From NCBI GenBank assembly GCA_010093995.1, contig ML992501.1, positions 1,925,320 through 1,989,319 of the forward strand: a DNA stretch of 64,000 nt. The letters are read 5' to 3'. The position numbers were made by a program, and so were the translations under genes. Below are positions 10,138-22,327 of the stretch, piece after piece. The notes under the pieces are model-generated. The model searched no databases, was not told the origin of the DNA, and saw nothing but the letters and a program-made list of their open reading frames with translations. This DNA is from Elsinoe ampelina. Taxonomy: Eukaryota. Within the stretch, counting starts at the first letter, position 1. Each line of letters begins with the position of its first letter.

Positions 10138-13074
10138 ATGGCAGCGCCGCAGGGCTATCAGGACGGGCAGTACGCACAGGATGGTACCCAGCCATACGAA
10201 GGGCAGCAACCTGCTGGGGCTCCCGTCCCTGCTGGCGGCAAGAAGAAGAGAGCCTACGCAGGACAAGCATATGATTTCGGCGCAAACACAGGAGCAGCAG
10301 CCGCACCGCCTGCGCCAGGCGCACCATACGGAGGAGCTCCCGTAGCGCAGGCAGCACAACCTGCATACGGCGGCTATCCACAACAAGCAGCACAACCAGG
10401 GTTTCCAGCTCAGGGATATGCTGATCCCAATGCTCAGCAACCGGCGGCGGGACAACAGTATGGCCAGCCTCAATATGATGCATCAGCAGGATATCAAGCA
10501 CCACAGGCTGGTTATCCAGGTCCAGGTCAGCCTGCTGCGCCGCAAGGAGGAGTTGCTGGCATGACACAGCAGTTTGGACAGATGGGATTCAACAATCAGC
10601 AGCCAGCGGCGCAACCACAGCAAGCTGGGCAAGCTATGCAAAGACTGAACCCTCTTCAACCCGTGGACATTAGCGTCCAAGGTGCACCATTCCATGTTTC
10701 GGACCTTGATCTTCCTCCACCGCCTCTTATCCTCCCGCCAAACGTGAGTACAACTAGTAGCTGGGACCATGACCAGAACTGACAGATTTCAGTCGAGTGT
10801 GACACCAGCTCCCACCGCCAACTGTCCTCCACGATATGTACGATCTACGCTTAATGCCGTTCCGACCACGAGTTCCCTCCTCAAAAAGTCAAAGCTACCT
10901 TTTGCCCTTATTATTCAGCCGTACGCCGCACTCCACGACTCGGAAGATGACGTTCCAGTCCAGCAAGATCAGGTCATCGCACGGTGCAGGAGGTGTAGGA
11001 CATATATCAATCCGTTTGCGACTTTCCTGGACCACAGCCACAGATGGAGGTGTAATATGTGTAATCTGACCAACGACGTTCCGCAAGCATTCGATTGGGA
11101 TAATGTGCGACAGCAGAGTGTAGACCGATGGCAAAGACCGGAGCTCAACTACTCTGTCATGGAATTCGTTGCACCGCAAGAGTACATGGTGAGAGCTCCA
11201 CAGCCTCTGGTATATCTCTTCCTGCTGGATGTCAGCTATGGTTCCGTTACGAGTGGACTGCTAGCTACTGCAGCCAGATGCATCTTCGAAAGTCTGGATA
11301 GGATTCCGAACGCTGATCACCGGACCCGTCTGGGTTTCATGGCTGTCGACTCTAGCCTGCACTATTTCTCCATCGGACGTGACGGTGCTGAGGTGAAGGA
11401 CGCGAGCATGCTGGTCGTCAGCGATTTGGACGAACCTTTCCTCCCAACTCCTGAAGACCTTCTGGTCAATCTGTCCGATTGCAAAGCCAACATCGAGAAT
11501 TTCCTCAATAAGCTACAAGGTATGTTCGCAAACACTCAGAATGGCGCCTCGGCGATGGGATCGGCATTAAGAGCTGGGCACAAATTGATTTCGCACGTCG
11601 GAGGAAAGATTGTATGCCTGACAGCCACGCTTCCCAATGCAGGCTATGGCAAGCTGGACGTACGAGAGGATAAGAAGCTGCTGGGAACTAGCAAGGAGAG
11701 TGCTTTGTTGCAGACCGCAAATTCATTCTTCAAGGCGTTCGCGGTGGAATGCTCCAAGACCCAGGTATCGATCGATATGTTCTTGTTCTCGGCACAATAC
11801 CAAGATGTGGCGTCATTGAGCAACCTACCACGCTACACCGGCGGACAGACATACTTCTACCCAGCATGGAACGCTGCCCGTACTGAGGACGCGGTCAAGT
11901 TCGCTAGCGAGTTCAGCGACTACCTCTCTGCAGAAATTGGCCTCGAAGCTGTCCTTCGTGTTCGGACAACGACCGGTCTACGACCCAGCTCCTTCTATGG
12001 CAACTTCTTCAACCGCAGCTCCGATCTTTGTGCATTCCCGGCATTCCCTCGCGACCAAGCCTATGTGGTCGAAATTGCCATCGACGAAACTGTCTCGAAA
12101 CCATTCATCTGCTTACAAGCTGGTGTCCTCCACACAACATGCAATGGCGAACGGCGGATTCGTGTACTTACACTCTCGATACCTACGACTCAGATCTTGG
12201 CCGACGTCTACGCAAGTGCGGATCAGCAAGCCATCTCGGTGTACTTCAGTCACAAAGCTGTCGAGCGCGCACTCTCGTCCGGTCTGGACGCGGCTCGCGA
12301 TGCTCTGCAAGCGAAGATCATCGAGCTCTTGCAGACATACAAGAAGGAGCTCGGTGGCGGCAACATGGGTGGGTCAGGACTCCAATTCCCGGTCAACATG
12401 CGAGCCCTCCCCATCTTGTTCCTTGGTCTGATCAAGAACGTAAGTCACCTTGTCCATTGCAAAACTCAATTTACCATACTGACTTATCACAGCTTGGATT
12501 GCGGAAATCCGCCCAAATCCCGTCAGATCTCCGCTCCGCTGCCTTGTGTCTCCTCTCGACACTTCCCCTTCCCTTGCTCATCCAGTACATCTATCCCCGT
12601 CTGTACTCACTACACGACATGCCGGATAACGCCGGCATTCCAGACCCCGACACTGGCGACATCGTCCTGCCCCCGGCCCTCAACCTCACCAGCCAGAATC
12701 TGGTACCCTACGGTCTGTACCTACTCGACGACGGACAGACACAATTCCTGTGGCTCGGCCGCGACGCCGTTCCACAGCTGGTCATGGATGTCTTCGGCAC
12801 AGACGACAAAGCTCAGCTCAAGCAAGGCAAGACCACATTACCTGTCCTCGACACTGAATTCAACGAGCGAGTGCGGGCCGTGGTGGACAAGAGCCGAGAC
12901 CACAAAGGTAAGGGATGCGGTAGCATCACGTACCCAAGCTTGTACCTTGTACGGGAGGATGGTGAGCCAAGTCTTCGCTTATGGGCGCAGACACTGCTTG
13001 TCGAGGACAGGGCGGATCAAGGAGTGAGCGCGGCTCAATTCGTGGGCATGTTGCGGGAGAAGGTGATACAGTAG
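10138..13074 (+). CDS. SEC24: COPII coat cargo adaptor Sec24
   Basis: Q/P/G/Y-rich N-terminus; zinc finger [12 protein letters not shown]...WRCNMC; trunk and gelsolin regions; introns 10744-10792 and 12440-12492 join the three ORFs in frame. Confidence 0.95.
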
Positions 13075-13473
13075 ACGAATCGCATTGGTAGACGGAAAGT
13101 GCAGGGGTTGGCGCCGTGGAGCGGGGCATAGTCTATGATGCAGATGGTGGTCTGGCATGACAGGACAATTGGCAGAGAGAAGCATTTAGTAGAACAGACG
13201 AAGCCATATTCCATCACATGAAGTCCTGCATGTTTGTGGTTTCGAGAACAGCGCGCCCTGGCATATTCCGCGCATCTGCTATCAAACGATCAGACTCGGG
13301 CTTCGAAGATTCGACGTCGCACGAGTCCATCACAGTAGCACCCTTGTTCCCGTCACATCCAAGCCATCACACATACTGACGTGGTGCAAGCTGATCGAAT
13401 CGCCCTACTCCTGCCACAGAAGCTTGATGCCCGAACCACCAACACCGCCCTTTACCGCCCCCATTGATCATCT

Positions 13474-13519
13474 CACCCTCCAACCCTCCAACCCTGCAAC
13501 CCTCCAACCCATCAACCCT
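13474..13519. repeat. Degenerate CAACCCT(C) microrepeat, about 5 copies
   Basis: caccctc caaccctc caaccctg caaccctc caacccat caaccct read directly. Confidence 0.6.
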
Positions 13520-13544
13520 TGCCCTCCCGACTCAACATCTCCCA

Positions 13545-13882
13545 TGCTAACACCACAACACCACTCATCACTAATACCAACCTCGTCATCCAGCACAACC
13601 AATATGACCCCGCCTTCCCAACCCCTCAACCAACCATGGCGCCAACGCAGCGGCGTCCTCGCACAGATCGCAGAAGCGGTCGCGAACCAGCAACACCGCC
13701 ATCCGGAAGGGCAAAGGATGAACCTGTTCCCCGAGGGAGCGTATATCTACAACGGAGGGCAGGGGGCGGGTGACGGCGGTGGGGTGGTGATCTTTGATAC
13801 GGATTGGGATTTGGAAGGGGAGGTGGGTGGTGGTTTTCGCCGTGTGGAGGGGGGAGGCTGTGGTAGTGCTTGTAGACAGTGA
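13545..13882 (+). CDS. Possible small hypothetical protein
   Basis: Open frame with ATG in a strongly skewed segment; no recognisable domain, may be a compositional artefact. Confidence 0.25.
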
Positions 13883-13915
13883 GGCGGTGAGGGTTGTGCC
13901 AGAGAATTAAGATAT

Positions 13916-14155
13916 CTAGGTGTCTGCGTCACTCACATCCGAGTCTGAACCCGAGGGAAGGTCGAGGTGGACGTCCTCTGGTGTGAAGTATCTCGGGAAC
14001 GGGTAGGTCTTGTTTAAAGTATCGACCAGTGGAGCCCAGACTATGTCTTCGTCCATGCCCCATCCGCGCTCGTGGTCGGGGAGGTACTCGTCGTGATTGA
14101 TGAAATACCATGGTGATTCGGTCATCGGATCGAGATAGAAGTCGTCGTTTCCTTG
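13916..14155 (-). pseudogene. Orphan terminal exon / truncated gene remnant at left edge of island
   Basis: Protein-like frame GNDDFYLDPMTESPWYFINHDEYLPDHERGWG...* preceded by branch/acceptor-like TACTGAC...CAAG, with no convincing upstream exon before the S8 stop. Confidence 0.3.
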
Positions 14156-14288
14156 TCGAGTCAGTAAGGTCGTGTGAAATTTATGTCAACGACGGGAGTC
14201 TGGTATGTCACCCGGGCTCTCCAAAGGACTTCGAATGGTAATGTATTCAGACGCTATCATCGGTGGGCTTGCGGACTTTGGAGCAAAC

Positions 14289-16712
14289 CTACAATGCTGA
14301 ATCAATGGCTTCGATGATGAGCGAGTTTCTGACCTGCTCATCCTTAAGGAAGAAGCTTGCCGGCAGCAGATTGTAGCGACGATCATTGGGCAGATGCGAG
14401 ACCTTCTTGAACAGGTTCGTCATCGTAGTCTTCACACACAACCGATTCCGTGACCACAACTTGTTCGAGGCCAAATCTTCTCTACCCTCTCGCATTCCGG
14501 TGTACTCGAGCAATGATGCAGCGAAGCCAGCTGCGATCGCCGTGGCGTACGACGTGCCGGTGCCGACTGTGTAACCTTGCGATACGAGACCAGAACATGG
14601 GACCTCCTCTGCCAGCGTGCCGAAGATGGCCGTCCCATCTCGTTGCATCTGTGGGTTGATGGAGTCCAGGTAGACTCCTTGTGCATTGGTGCCGTGTATC
14701 GGGATCACGAACTCGTTACGAGCGGGGAACATCATGTCCCCTTGGTTGGGACCGTCGTTGCCTGCGGCGGCGAAGAAAAGAATGGACCGGTCGCGATCAA
14801 AGGTCGCTCTCTGGATCGCTCTATCTATCTCTGTGCAGCACGAGGGGGATGAGCGAGAATTGAAGCCGAATGACATGACTATGACATCGACCTTCCATTC
14901 CTCGCTCGCAAACCGAATAGCCTGCTGACATCAGCATAATCGTCGAGAATAGTCTTGCACACTTGCCTCTGCAATATTCGTGGCGGATTGCTCCAGTCCG
15001 GCCGAGTCATTCGCAACCCGTGCGATATATACATCCACAGATGGTGCAGACTTCATGACCAGGGACGCGATCCTCGTACCGTGTCCGTGATAGTCAATGT
15101 ATGACTTTGAACTGTCGAAATAGTCTTTCCAGCCCCTGATATGCTTGCGCCGCTGGTGATTTCGGAAGAACTCCGCGCTCGAGTCAAGCCCCGTATCTAA
15201 GATCGCAATTCGCGTGATACGATGGTTTGTAACACTTCTGTAGTGGGTCTGTTGGAAGACTCGACCGTACGAGTGGAGTAAGAGACTGAACCATGCTTCC
15301 CCCGTCGGCCTGTGACGAGATTAGCTTCCGAAGGAAGTGAAAGACTTCTGACTTACGAAGTTGTCCGCTGGCCTAATGGGGAAGTCGCACCTACTCTATG
15401 GTCACCGACGGGGATTGGCTCGATGCCGACAAGAGCTTCTCGACAAGGTATGGGATCAAGCTCGGGCACATCATGCGCCCATCCTGACACCTTGAGAAGC
15501 TGCCATAACGGTTGCACAATTTCATCGTAAAGAGCACTACGTTTGCAGCGAGGTTCGGCGTCACGGTGATCGGCCTTGGAGTCTTGGAGAAGAGGCGAGC
15601 AGGGATCAAAGCATCGCTTGACGATCGCCCGATACTTCGATCGTAGAATGGATGATTTGTTGACGACCGGGAAATGCGGCCATGCCATATCATTACAAAG
15701 GACTTGGCGGCATCTCGCGGCATCGCCATTGATCAGCTTATCGAATGAGATTCCCGGCGGCGAATCCGAAGGTACGAGTATTCTCTGGTGTCCCAAGTCC
15801 ACTAAGAGCTTTCCCAGAGCCAGAATATAAGGGAATCTGTGGAACACTTGTCCATCGTAGTGTTCTGGGACGATGTCATGCTCGGTGAAGTCGGCTTTGA
15901 AATATGGGCTGTGAGCATAGAGGGTGTAGTCCGATTCTCCGGATACGATACCGGTTGCGACGTGCTTGAAGAAGAGTATCGAGTCGCACGACCACCAGGT
16001 AGTCATCCAAGAGGACGCATAATATTGCCAAAACGAGGCAGCCAGGGAGTACGCAAGGACAAGTCGCATCTTGGTGCTCATATCATAATCGTTGAGAATC
16101 TGATGCAGGGGTACCCCGTCGGTCGGATGAAGTGCGTAACCTTCAATGACACCATCTACAAGTTCGGGTCGAGCATCATCGTCGAGCTGTAGTGTACTCA
16201 CCGCGGGTCCAATATCGCTGTTCAGAATATCGCACATGAGCTGTCCATGAGAATTGACTATTGTCTGGTCACGAGCGTGCTCAGCAGTGGTGTCCCGGTA
16301 ATTCGAAGGGTGAGATCGACTGCAGTTGTCAGCAGTGATAGCGTCTCTCTGTCCACACTTACTCGAGGAGACTCAGAATCATCTCCCTCCAATGAGTCAA
16401 CGCGCGAGTATTCTTGTGTCCATGGCCGGAAAAGAGTATCCTTGGACCGTGAGCGGTTTGTCCAAACAACGAGTACGCTCGGAGGCATAGTCGGACCAAA
16501 TGCCCATGTCTGTGTTGATCGCCCATGTATGCTCCGCAAAGACAGGGTTGGTTTTTCAAGCCTGTATAGATTTGATTGTGTCTTGAAACAGCAAGCAAAG
16601 CTTCCTTGCTTCGGCGCGAGCCTTGTCTCTTCGAAACATGCTTGACTGCGGAACTCCATGCATAAACCAAGATAGACAGGGGAAGGAAATACAGGACTGC
16701 CTGTACAACCAT
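14289..16712 (-). CDS. Multidomain subtilisin-like (S8) serine protease with N-terminal pseudokinase-like/DUF7580-type region (gasdermin-partner type)
   Basis: Spliced model: ATG 16712 (start uncertain); introns 16362-16320 (GTAAGT..CTGAC..TGCAG), 15356-15310 (GTAAGT..CTAAT..ACAG), 14966-14922 (GC-AG). Intact triad IAILDTG (~15195), HGHGT (~15082), GTSYAT (~14551) and oxyanion AAAGN. N-region LAYSLAASFWQYY...LGKLLVDLG...YRAIVKRCF...LYDEIVQPL. Confidence 0.88.
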
Positions 16713-17052
16713 GGCCGCGAGGAGGTGATACTGGACCTTGAACTGCCACGGATGCTGATATTTGTGATCTGGAGGGTCAGGCACCACTTCGAGGGTGGTG
16801 TCGCTTTAGCGCCGCGGCGAGGATGCATTGCACGTGCCGGCAGACGATCGCGATGTGTGCCACGTCAGTCAGCTCGCAAGGAACTGCAGCCAATCACTGC
16901 ACCTATGTCGCCGTAAAGGTGGTCAGCCATCACCAGCTCATCGCGGTCGTCCAAGCAGCAACCTGCATCTCGTCCTCCGAGAGCCAAACACGATGTTTTG
17001 TGCGCGTGAGCCCTCGGACAGCGCTCGATAATTGCGATGCGACGATAGTGTC

Positions 17053-20000
17053 ATGGAAAATAGCAAGGTTGAGCACCTGGTGAGACAGTGTATAGAAGGC
17101 CTTCAGCGACTGCGAACGCGAGTGCCGCCGCAACTGAGGCTCATGCGCGACTGCTTGGACAATCACATCGCTGAACTGCGTCTCTGGTCGTCGGATGATT
17201 CCATCAATGCGAGCCCAGGCCTGGCCTCGTACAAGTCTCAGCAGGGCGCAGGAGACAATATCCACGCGTTGAACGTTCTAGAGACAATAGAGACTCTGTT
17301 GAGCAAATGTCTGGATGACGGTATGGACGAAGAGCGGCAAGTCGAAAGATCATGATGAAGACTGACGGAAGATAGAAAATTTGAGAGGCGCACTAGGTGA
17401 GATCTTCCACTTCCGCCTCAGTCAAACCCAGACTCCCACCCTGAAATTTTGCACACGTTTCGAATAGACGCCGTTTCCACGTAGTCCGCATCCAAGAGCA
17501 TACTGATGAACATACTTTAAGATCATCTTCCGGCTGTCGATGAGTGCTTCGAGGTTTTGTTCTCCGGCAGGATAAGGCTTCCTTTTCATACGTCGTGGTC
17601 AGCTGTCCGTGGAGGCCCTGATACCTTGTCTTCCCTGCCTGCGCCCTCGAATGAAGAGTGGCATTCCTTGGACGAAGTGCAAGAGCGAATATACCAAGCC
17701 AGTGAGAGTCGACTGGCCTGGCTGGGACGACTTCACCCTTTGGTTCAACCGTGTAACAGCCAGTCTGTTCACCACGACGCCGCATGGAAGGCAATCCAGG
17801 AGCCCGGCACGGCGCAGGCCGAGTCACTGAACAATCCCGTGATCCACGAATGGGTAGCGAATGGAAACACTTATAGGCCCACTTTTACGGCGAACGACGA
17901 TATTTGGATGCCGGGAGGATGGACTGTACCTGGAGAAGGGTTGCAGCAACAAAGTCAGCCGGACCTTGTCGAAATAGACACGAATGTTCATGGACCTGGA
18001 CAAAATGGTTCTCGGTATTCCCATGAAGATCAAGCATTGCTCTCCATACTCGCATCATGCCACCCCTACGTATGCATCTTCGAGAACTGTGCAGATCCCG
18101 ACATAGCTTATAATTCCCGAGAAGCCTGGGAGGAGCATATGCAGCTATGTCATCCAGGCCCGCTGTGCTGGGACTGTCCATTGTGCGTCGGCGTTGAGCG
18201 ATTCTACTTCAGCGACACCTTCTTCGACCACATCAGCTTGCTACATCATGACGCCTTCGGTGACATCCAAGTGGCAGTCGACATGCTTGCGAAGCGTGCC
18301 GGTCCGACCCCTCTGACCTGTCCACTTTGCGCTATGCAGTCGTGCTGCACCCTTCAGGAGGACGATACTCTACTGGATCACATTGCACGACATCTGCGTC
18401 AAGTCTCCGCATCGTGTATAACTGCGAGATTGACCATGAACGCCGATGCTCGGCAGGTATCCGCGAGTGGTGCAAATGATATAGAGGGACCGCGTCTGAT
18501 CGTTGGAGCTACGATCGCCAATAAGGCTGCGAACGATCGCCTCTTAGCGAGAAGTTTCTTGACGGCCCAGACTAAAAGCGCACATTCGAGACTCATCGAA
18601 CGCCTACAAGGCCTTGCACATCCAAAGGAGGCAGCACAGCCAAAAGAGACAGCACAGCCAGATCAAAATGGTCTGAATCTTTGCAATTACGAAGCAAGCA
18701 CTGAACCAAGTATGTGGGTGGAAAGGAACTCGAGGAATGATCGCTGACAATTTATAGTTGTCCGTAAATCAAAGGAGCCTTTCAATAAGTCGGTCATAAC
18801 AAAGACGAGAGGAGTGATGTCGGATGACTCCTCTGTCGATAGACCAGGTGCTACCTCAGCCCCAGTCAACTACACGTCGAAGGAGGATCCAGCCATACAC
18901 AGCAAGCCTGTAACTCCGAATGGAACTTCCAGCTTGACAAGGGTGTTGAGGCCGGCCTTTCCAAACCAGGACACAAGGCCGCGAGAATGTACTTGTTCCC
19001 GTTCGGAAGCAGGCTCTCGTCTCGGAGCCACTCCTGAGAGCTATGTCGCCTCTATCAGAGATCAAGTACGACATCAGCGATCCAGCTCACCCCTTCTGGG
19101 CGAGATCTTCCAAATCCTGTCTGAACGGTTGAACAAAGAGAACATGACAAACGGGGTTGATGAAATTGCAACAGATGCCGAGCTGTACTTTCTCTCGGGC
19201 AACGGACAACTCGATCATCGTCCGCTTTTGAGCGTTCGGGAATGGGATGCTCTTGACGTATATCGCGACCCGGCGTGCTGTATGGATCAAACGTTGGACT
19301 CCATCCCGAAGATTGTGATTCTTCGAGGCAATCAGCCTGCTCAATGCCTCCCACGCGTGGGTGCCAAATTCAATGTGGATCCCCAAGTATTTCTTCGCCA
19401 TCTACAGCATCTCTGGGGCGGCAAAGATTTTAGACTGTTCGCCTCACTAGCTCTACCCTCTACTTCTGTCGATGTCATCAGTCTATCGGTGATGACTTTA
19501 GGGAAGCACGGATACTCCGGATTGTCACTACCGCTGCTCAGGGATAGAGGGCAAATGGAGATGAATAAGTATTTGCATGAGGTGACTACAGACCGTCGCA
19601 TGCAGGCAGGAGACTCACTTGTCCGGCGATATTGGATTCATAGTCTGGATTACTTCTCAGTAGAGCAGGAGATTACAGTCTCTCTACAGCGTATGGATCG
19701 AGGATGGACTCGTAAGTATTGTAACCACCTTTTTGGACCCACGCTGACTCGAGTGAAAGTACTCATATGGACTGACATCGCTCGTCCGCTCCATCAAGGG
19801 CCGCTTGGACCATGGTACAAGCAGCTGAAACCCAGCGGTCTCTTCACCAATACGTTTGTGCGTCAGATCCGGCTTCCTGGTATAACGCTGGACAGGGAAC
19901 CCGCCGTTACTACCTCGCCTTTTGCCGGGCCCAAGTCGGATGACCTGTCTCGGCCAAGACTGCGTCATTCCCTTGTTTATGGAGTCAAAAACGATCCGAT

Positions 20001-20619
20001 TTTGATGGCTGTCGACCCTTTTTACTGTGTGCTCGAGCTTTTCGAGCTGTCAGCGTCCTCACTTGATCAACTGCTCAAGCTAATAGGAGGGCTCATGCAA
20101 GAGCGGTTGGGCTACGGCCATGTGGGCGGATCTCCAATGCAAGATCACGCCGATCTCCTCTTCCAACAGGACGTTCTGAACAGAGTGAGAGAACGAATCG
20201 TCAGCAGTCTCGCCGATATCAGACACTACAGCAACACTTGGCCCAGCACGGCTTACGAGGAACAAAAAGAACAGATCGACCGTGCCAGAGATAACATCCT
20301 ACATGACTTTGAAGATCTCAGGCAGCGTACAGATCGCCTTCTCCTTCGTTGTCATGAAGGCATGGCCATGTGTACAAGTCGTGCTGCTATTGACGAAGCC
20401 GGAAAGTCAATGGATCAAGCCAAGAAAGTTGCCCAGCTGACTTGGCTCGCCTTTCTATTCATGCCTTTGTCCTTCGCGGCATCGATTTTCGGCATGAACA
20501 ACTCCTTCCTCATGGAGTATGATACTGTGTCTATGGTGTGTTGGATCACACTTGCGATAGGAATGGGAACGACGTCGTATGCAGTGTTGTTCGCAGCTGG
20601 ACAGCGCTCCAAGTCTTGA
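17053..20619 (+). CDS. Fusion: helical HeLo-like N-terminus + C2H2 zinc-finger cluster + CorA-like (GMN) transmembrane channel domain
   Basis: ATG 17053 (MENSKVEHLVRQC...LRLWS); introns 17321-17375, 17397-17521, 18710-18757, 19712-19759 give a continuous frame. Zn-finger motifs PYVCIFENC...WEEHMQLCH, WDCPLC...FFDHISLLH, CPLC...LLDHIARHL. C-terminal stalk/TM AKKVAQLTWLAFLFMPLSFAASIFGMN plus a second hydrophobic helix. First two exons are less certain. Confidence 0.75.
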
Positions 20620-22327
20620 TGGCTGCTGACTGGCCCAACACTCTAATCTTGTCATGCTGAGATTCTTAGACTCACCATTGTGGCCGACCAGATATTACGA
20701 CACTTTTGACACTTCTTGGTACGGTGACTTTCTGCTCGCAACTGCTGCAGCTCTGGGACCGAATACTCGCCCCCTTGCAATGGCAACAAATACACCCGCC
20801 GCTTGTTTGGAAGCTCAGAGAGCGACCTGGCCGACGAGGGGGGCTGGATTCAACGCTAAACCGGGATGGGAATAGTTGTACACGACTGGAACAAATGGCA
20901 AGTACAGACAGACGAAGAGGGGCCATATGAGCAACTATTATCAGCATCGACACCAAGTCCGGACGGGTTTTACATGTAGTGCGGAAGGAGAGATTGTGAT
21001 GTCTGTCTATCAGAGGAGGACGCATGTCCCATCGAAGCCTGACTCGTTCCATGCTTTACCATGCATAGGGAGAAGGAACACCAGTATCTTTCCCACTAGC
21101 GTCATGCTGGCGCCGTATTGGCCGGTGGCTAGGCATTGCCTTGTCGCCGTGTCTTCTTAGGATGCAAAGGCAAGATAGCTTATTGGTTTGATAACAAGGC
21201 AAAGCGCCACTTAGCCGGACTGATCCGCACCAACGATTCACCTCAGGCATCACAAGATTCATGCGCTTGTGTAACGTGTGTCGATTGACTCCGCATTGAC
21301 AGGAGCCCCTCGCTGTGTAACGTACATCCTGCGAGGTTCAATAGCGATTGTGATTAACCCACGTGGCAGTCCTACGTTGGGCGCCACAATCGTGGGCAGT
21401 TCTTGTGTAATCTGCTAGACCTACTGCGTTTGTTACATGCACCAACTCATGTATGTAGTCGCATGCGTAGAAAACAGCCATCTGTTGTTGCGTTTGGTCA
21501 TGCCGGTCGTCGTCTGCGCACATTTTGGTGCGTGCCAGCGAGACGGTGTCGAGCACTTGTGCCGGCCGTGGCCTTCATAGACTTGCACGCTGGCCAGATG
21601 TCGAATCTTGCGGTCTAGGTTGGATGTGTCCGGCATTGACTTTGGTGGCTCACATAGTGCTGTTATACGGCAAGCAATGAAATTCGCCCTCTCGCACTTG
21701 TAGCTATGGCAATGCATATAGCCACCGGCGTCTATCTCACGCATTCAGCGAAAGGTACCCTACGACCGACCGCGGTTTCTGCGATGATAGACAAGCAAAC
21801 AGTGCTTCTCGAGCTTCCCTTCATCATCCATATCCTTCGGACCCATCTATACGAGATCGACCTTGCAGGCATGAATATCACGACTCTCTGTTGATCACGT
21901 CTGCCTTTGAGTTGTGGACGCTTTGTCGCTCGCAAGATGTCAATTCTCATGGTCATTGGCATCATTTCAGAGATACTGGCGACACCGATGTTTGACCTGG
22001 AGAGATCGATCTTTAAAGGAAAGAATTCTCGAAGAGGTCGACGGTCGGCAAATCACGAGATCCTGTCCGTGGAGGCCGAGGTCTTCGCGTCGCATCGGGA
22101 GCTGATTCTTTTCTTCGTCAATACGTACCTCTCCGCGCCGCATTGCATGCGATAGCTCAGCTCCAATGACAGGCTACGGCTAGCCAGCGCATCGCCGCTG
22201 ATGATGTGCATTAAGGCGCGTACTGATACATTGATCGCCAGCGACTTGGGCCGCCCATACGCCCAAAATGTGGGCGCTTGGAGGGGCACAGAGGGTAGAA
22301 GAGCTCAGGCTTGCCCTGAACACAATC

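Noticed and set aside
13474..13519. Interstitial telomere or telomerase template
   Set aside because: Unit is CAACCCTC, not TAACCC, and lies in a C-skewed tract; no TAACCCTAA template noticed in the window.
16930..17265. 111 aa minus-strand ORF as first exon of the protease
   Set aside because: Overlaps the better-supported + strand exon starting at 17053, and no clear splice path joins it to the protease frame.
13900..22327. Gasdermin (HET-Q1/RCD-1-like) gene next to the S8 protease
   Set aside because: Looked for on both sides; no suitably sized ORF or recognisable motif seen. Absence is by eye only and needs an HMM search.
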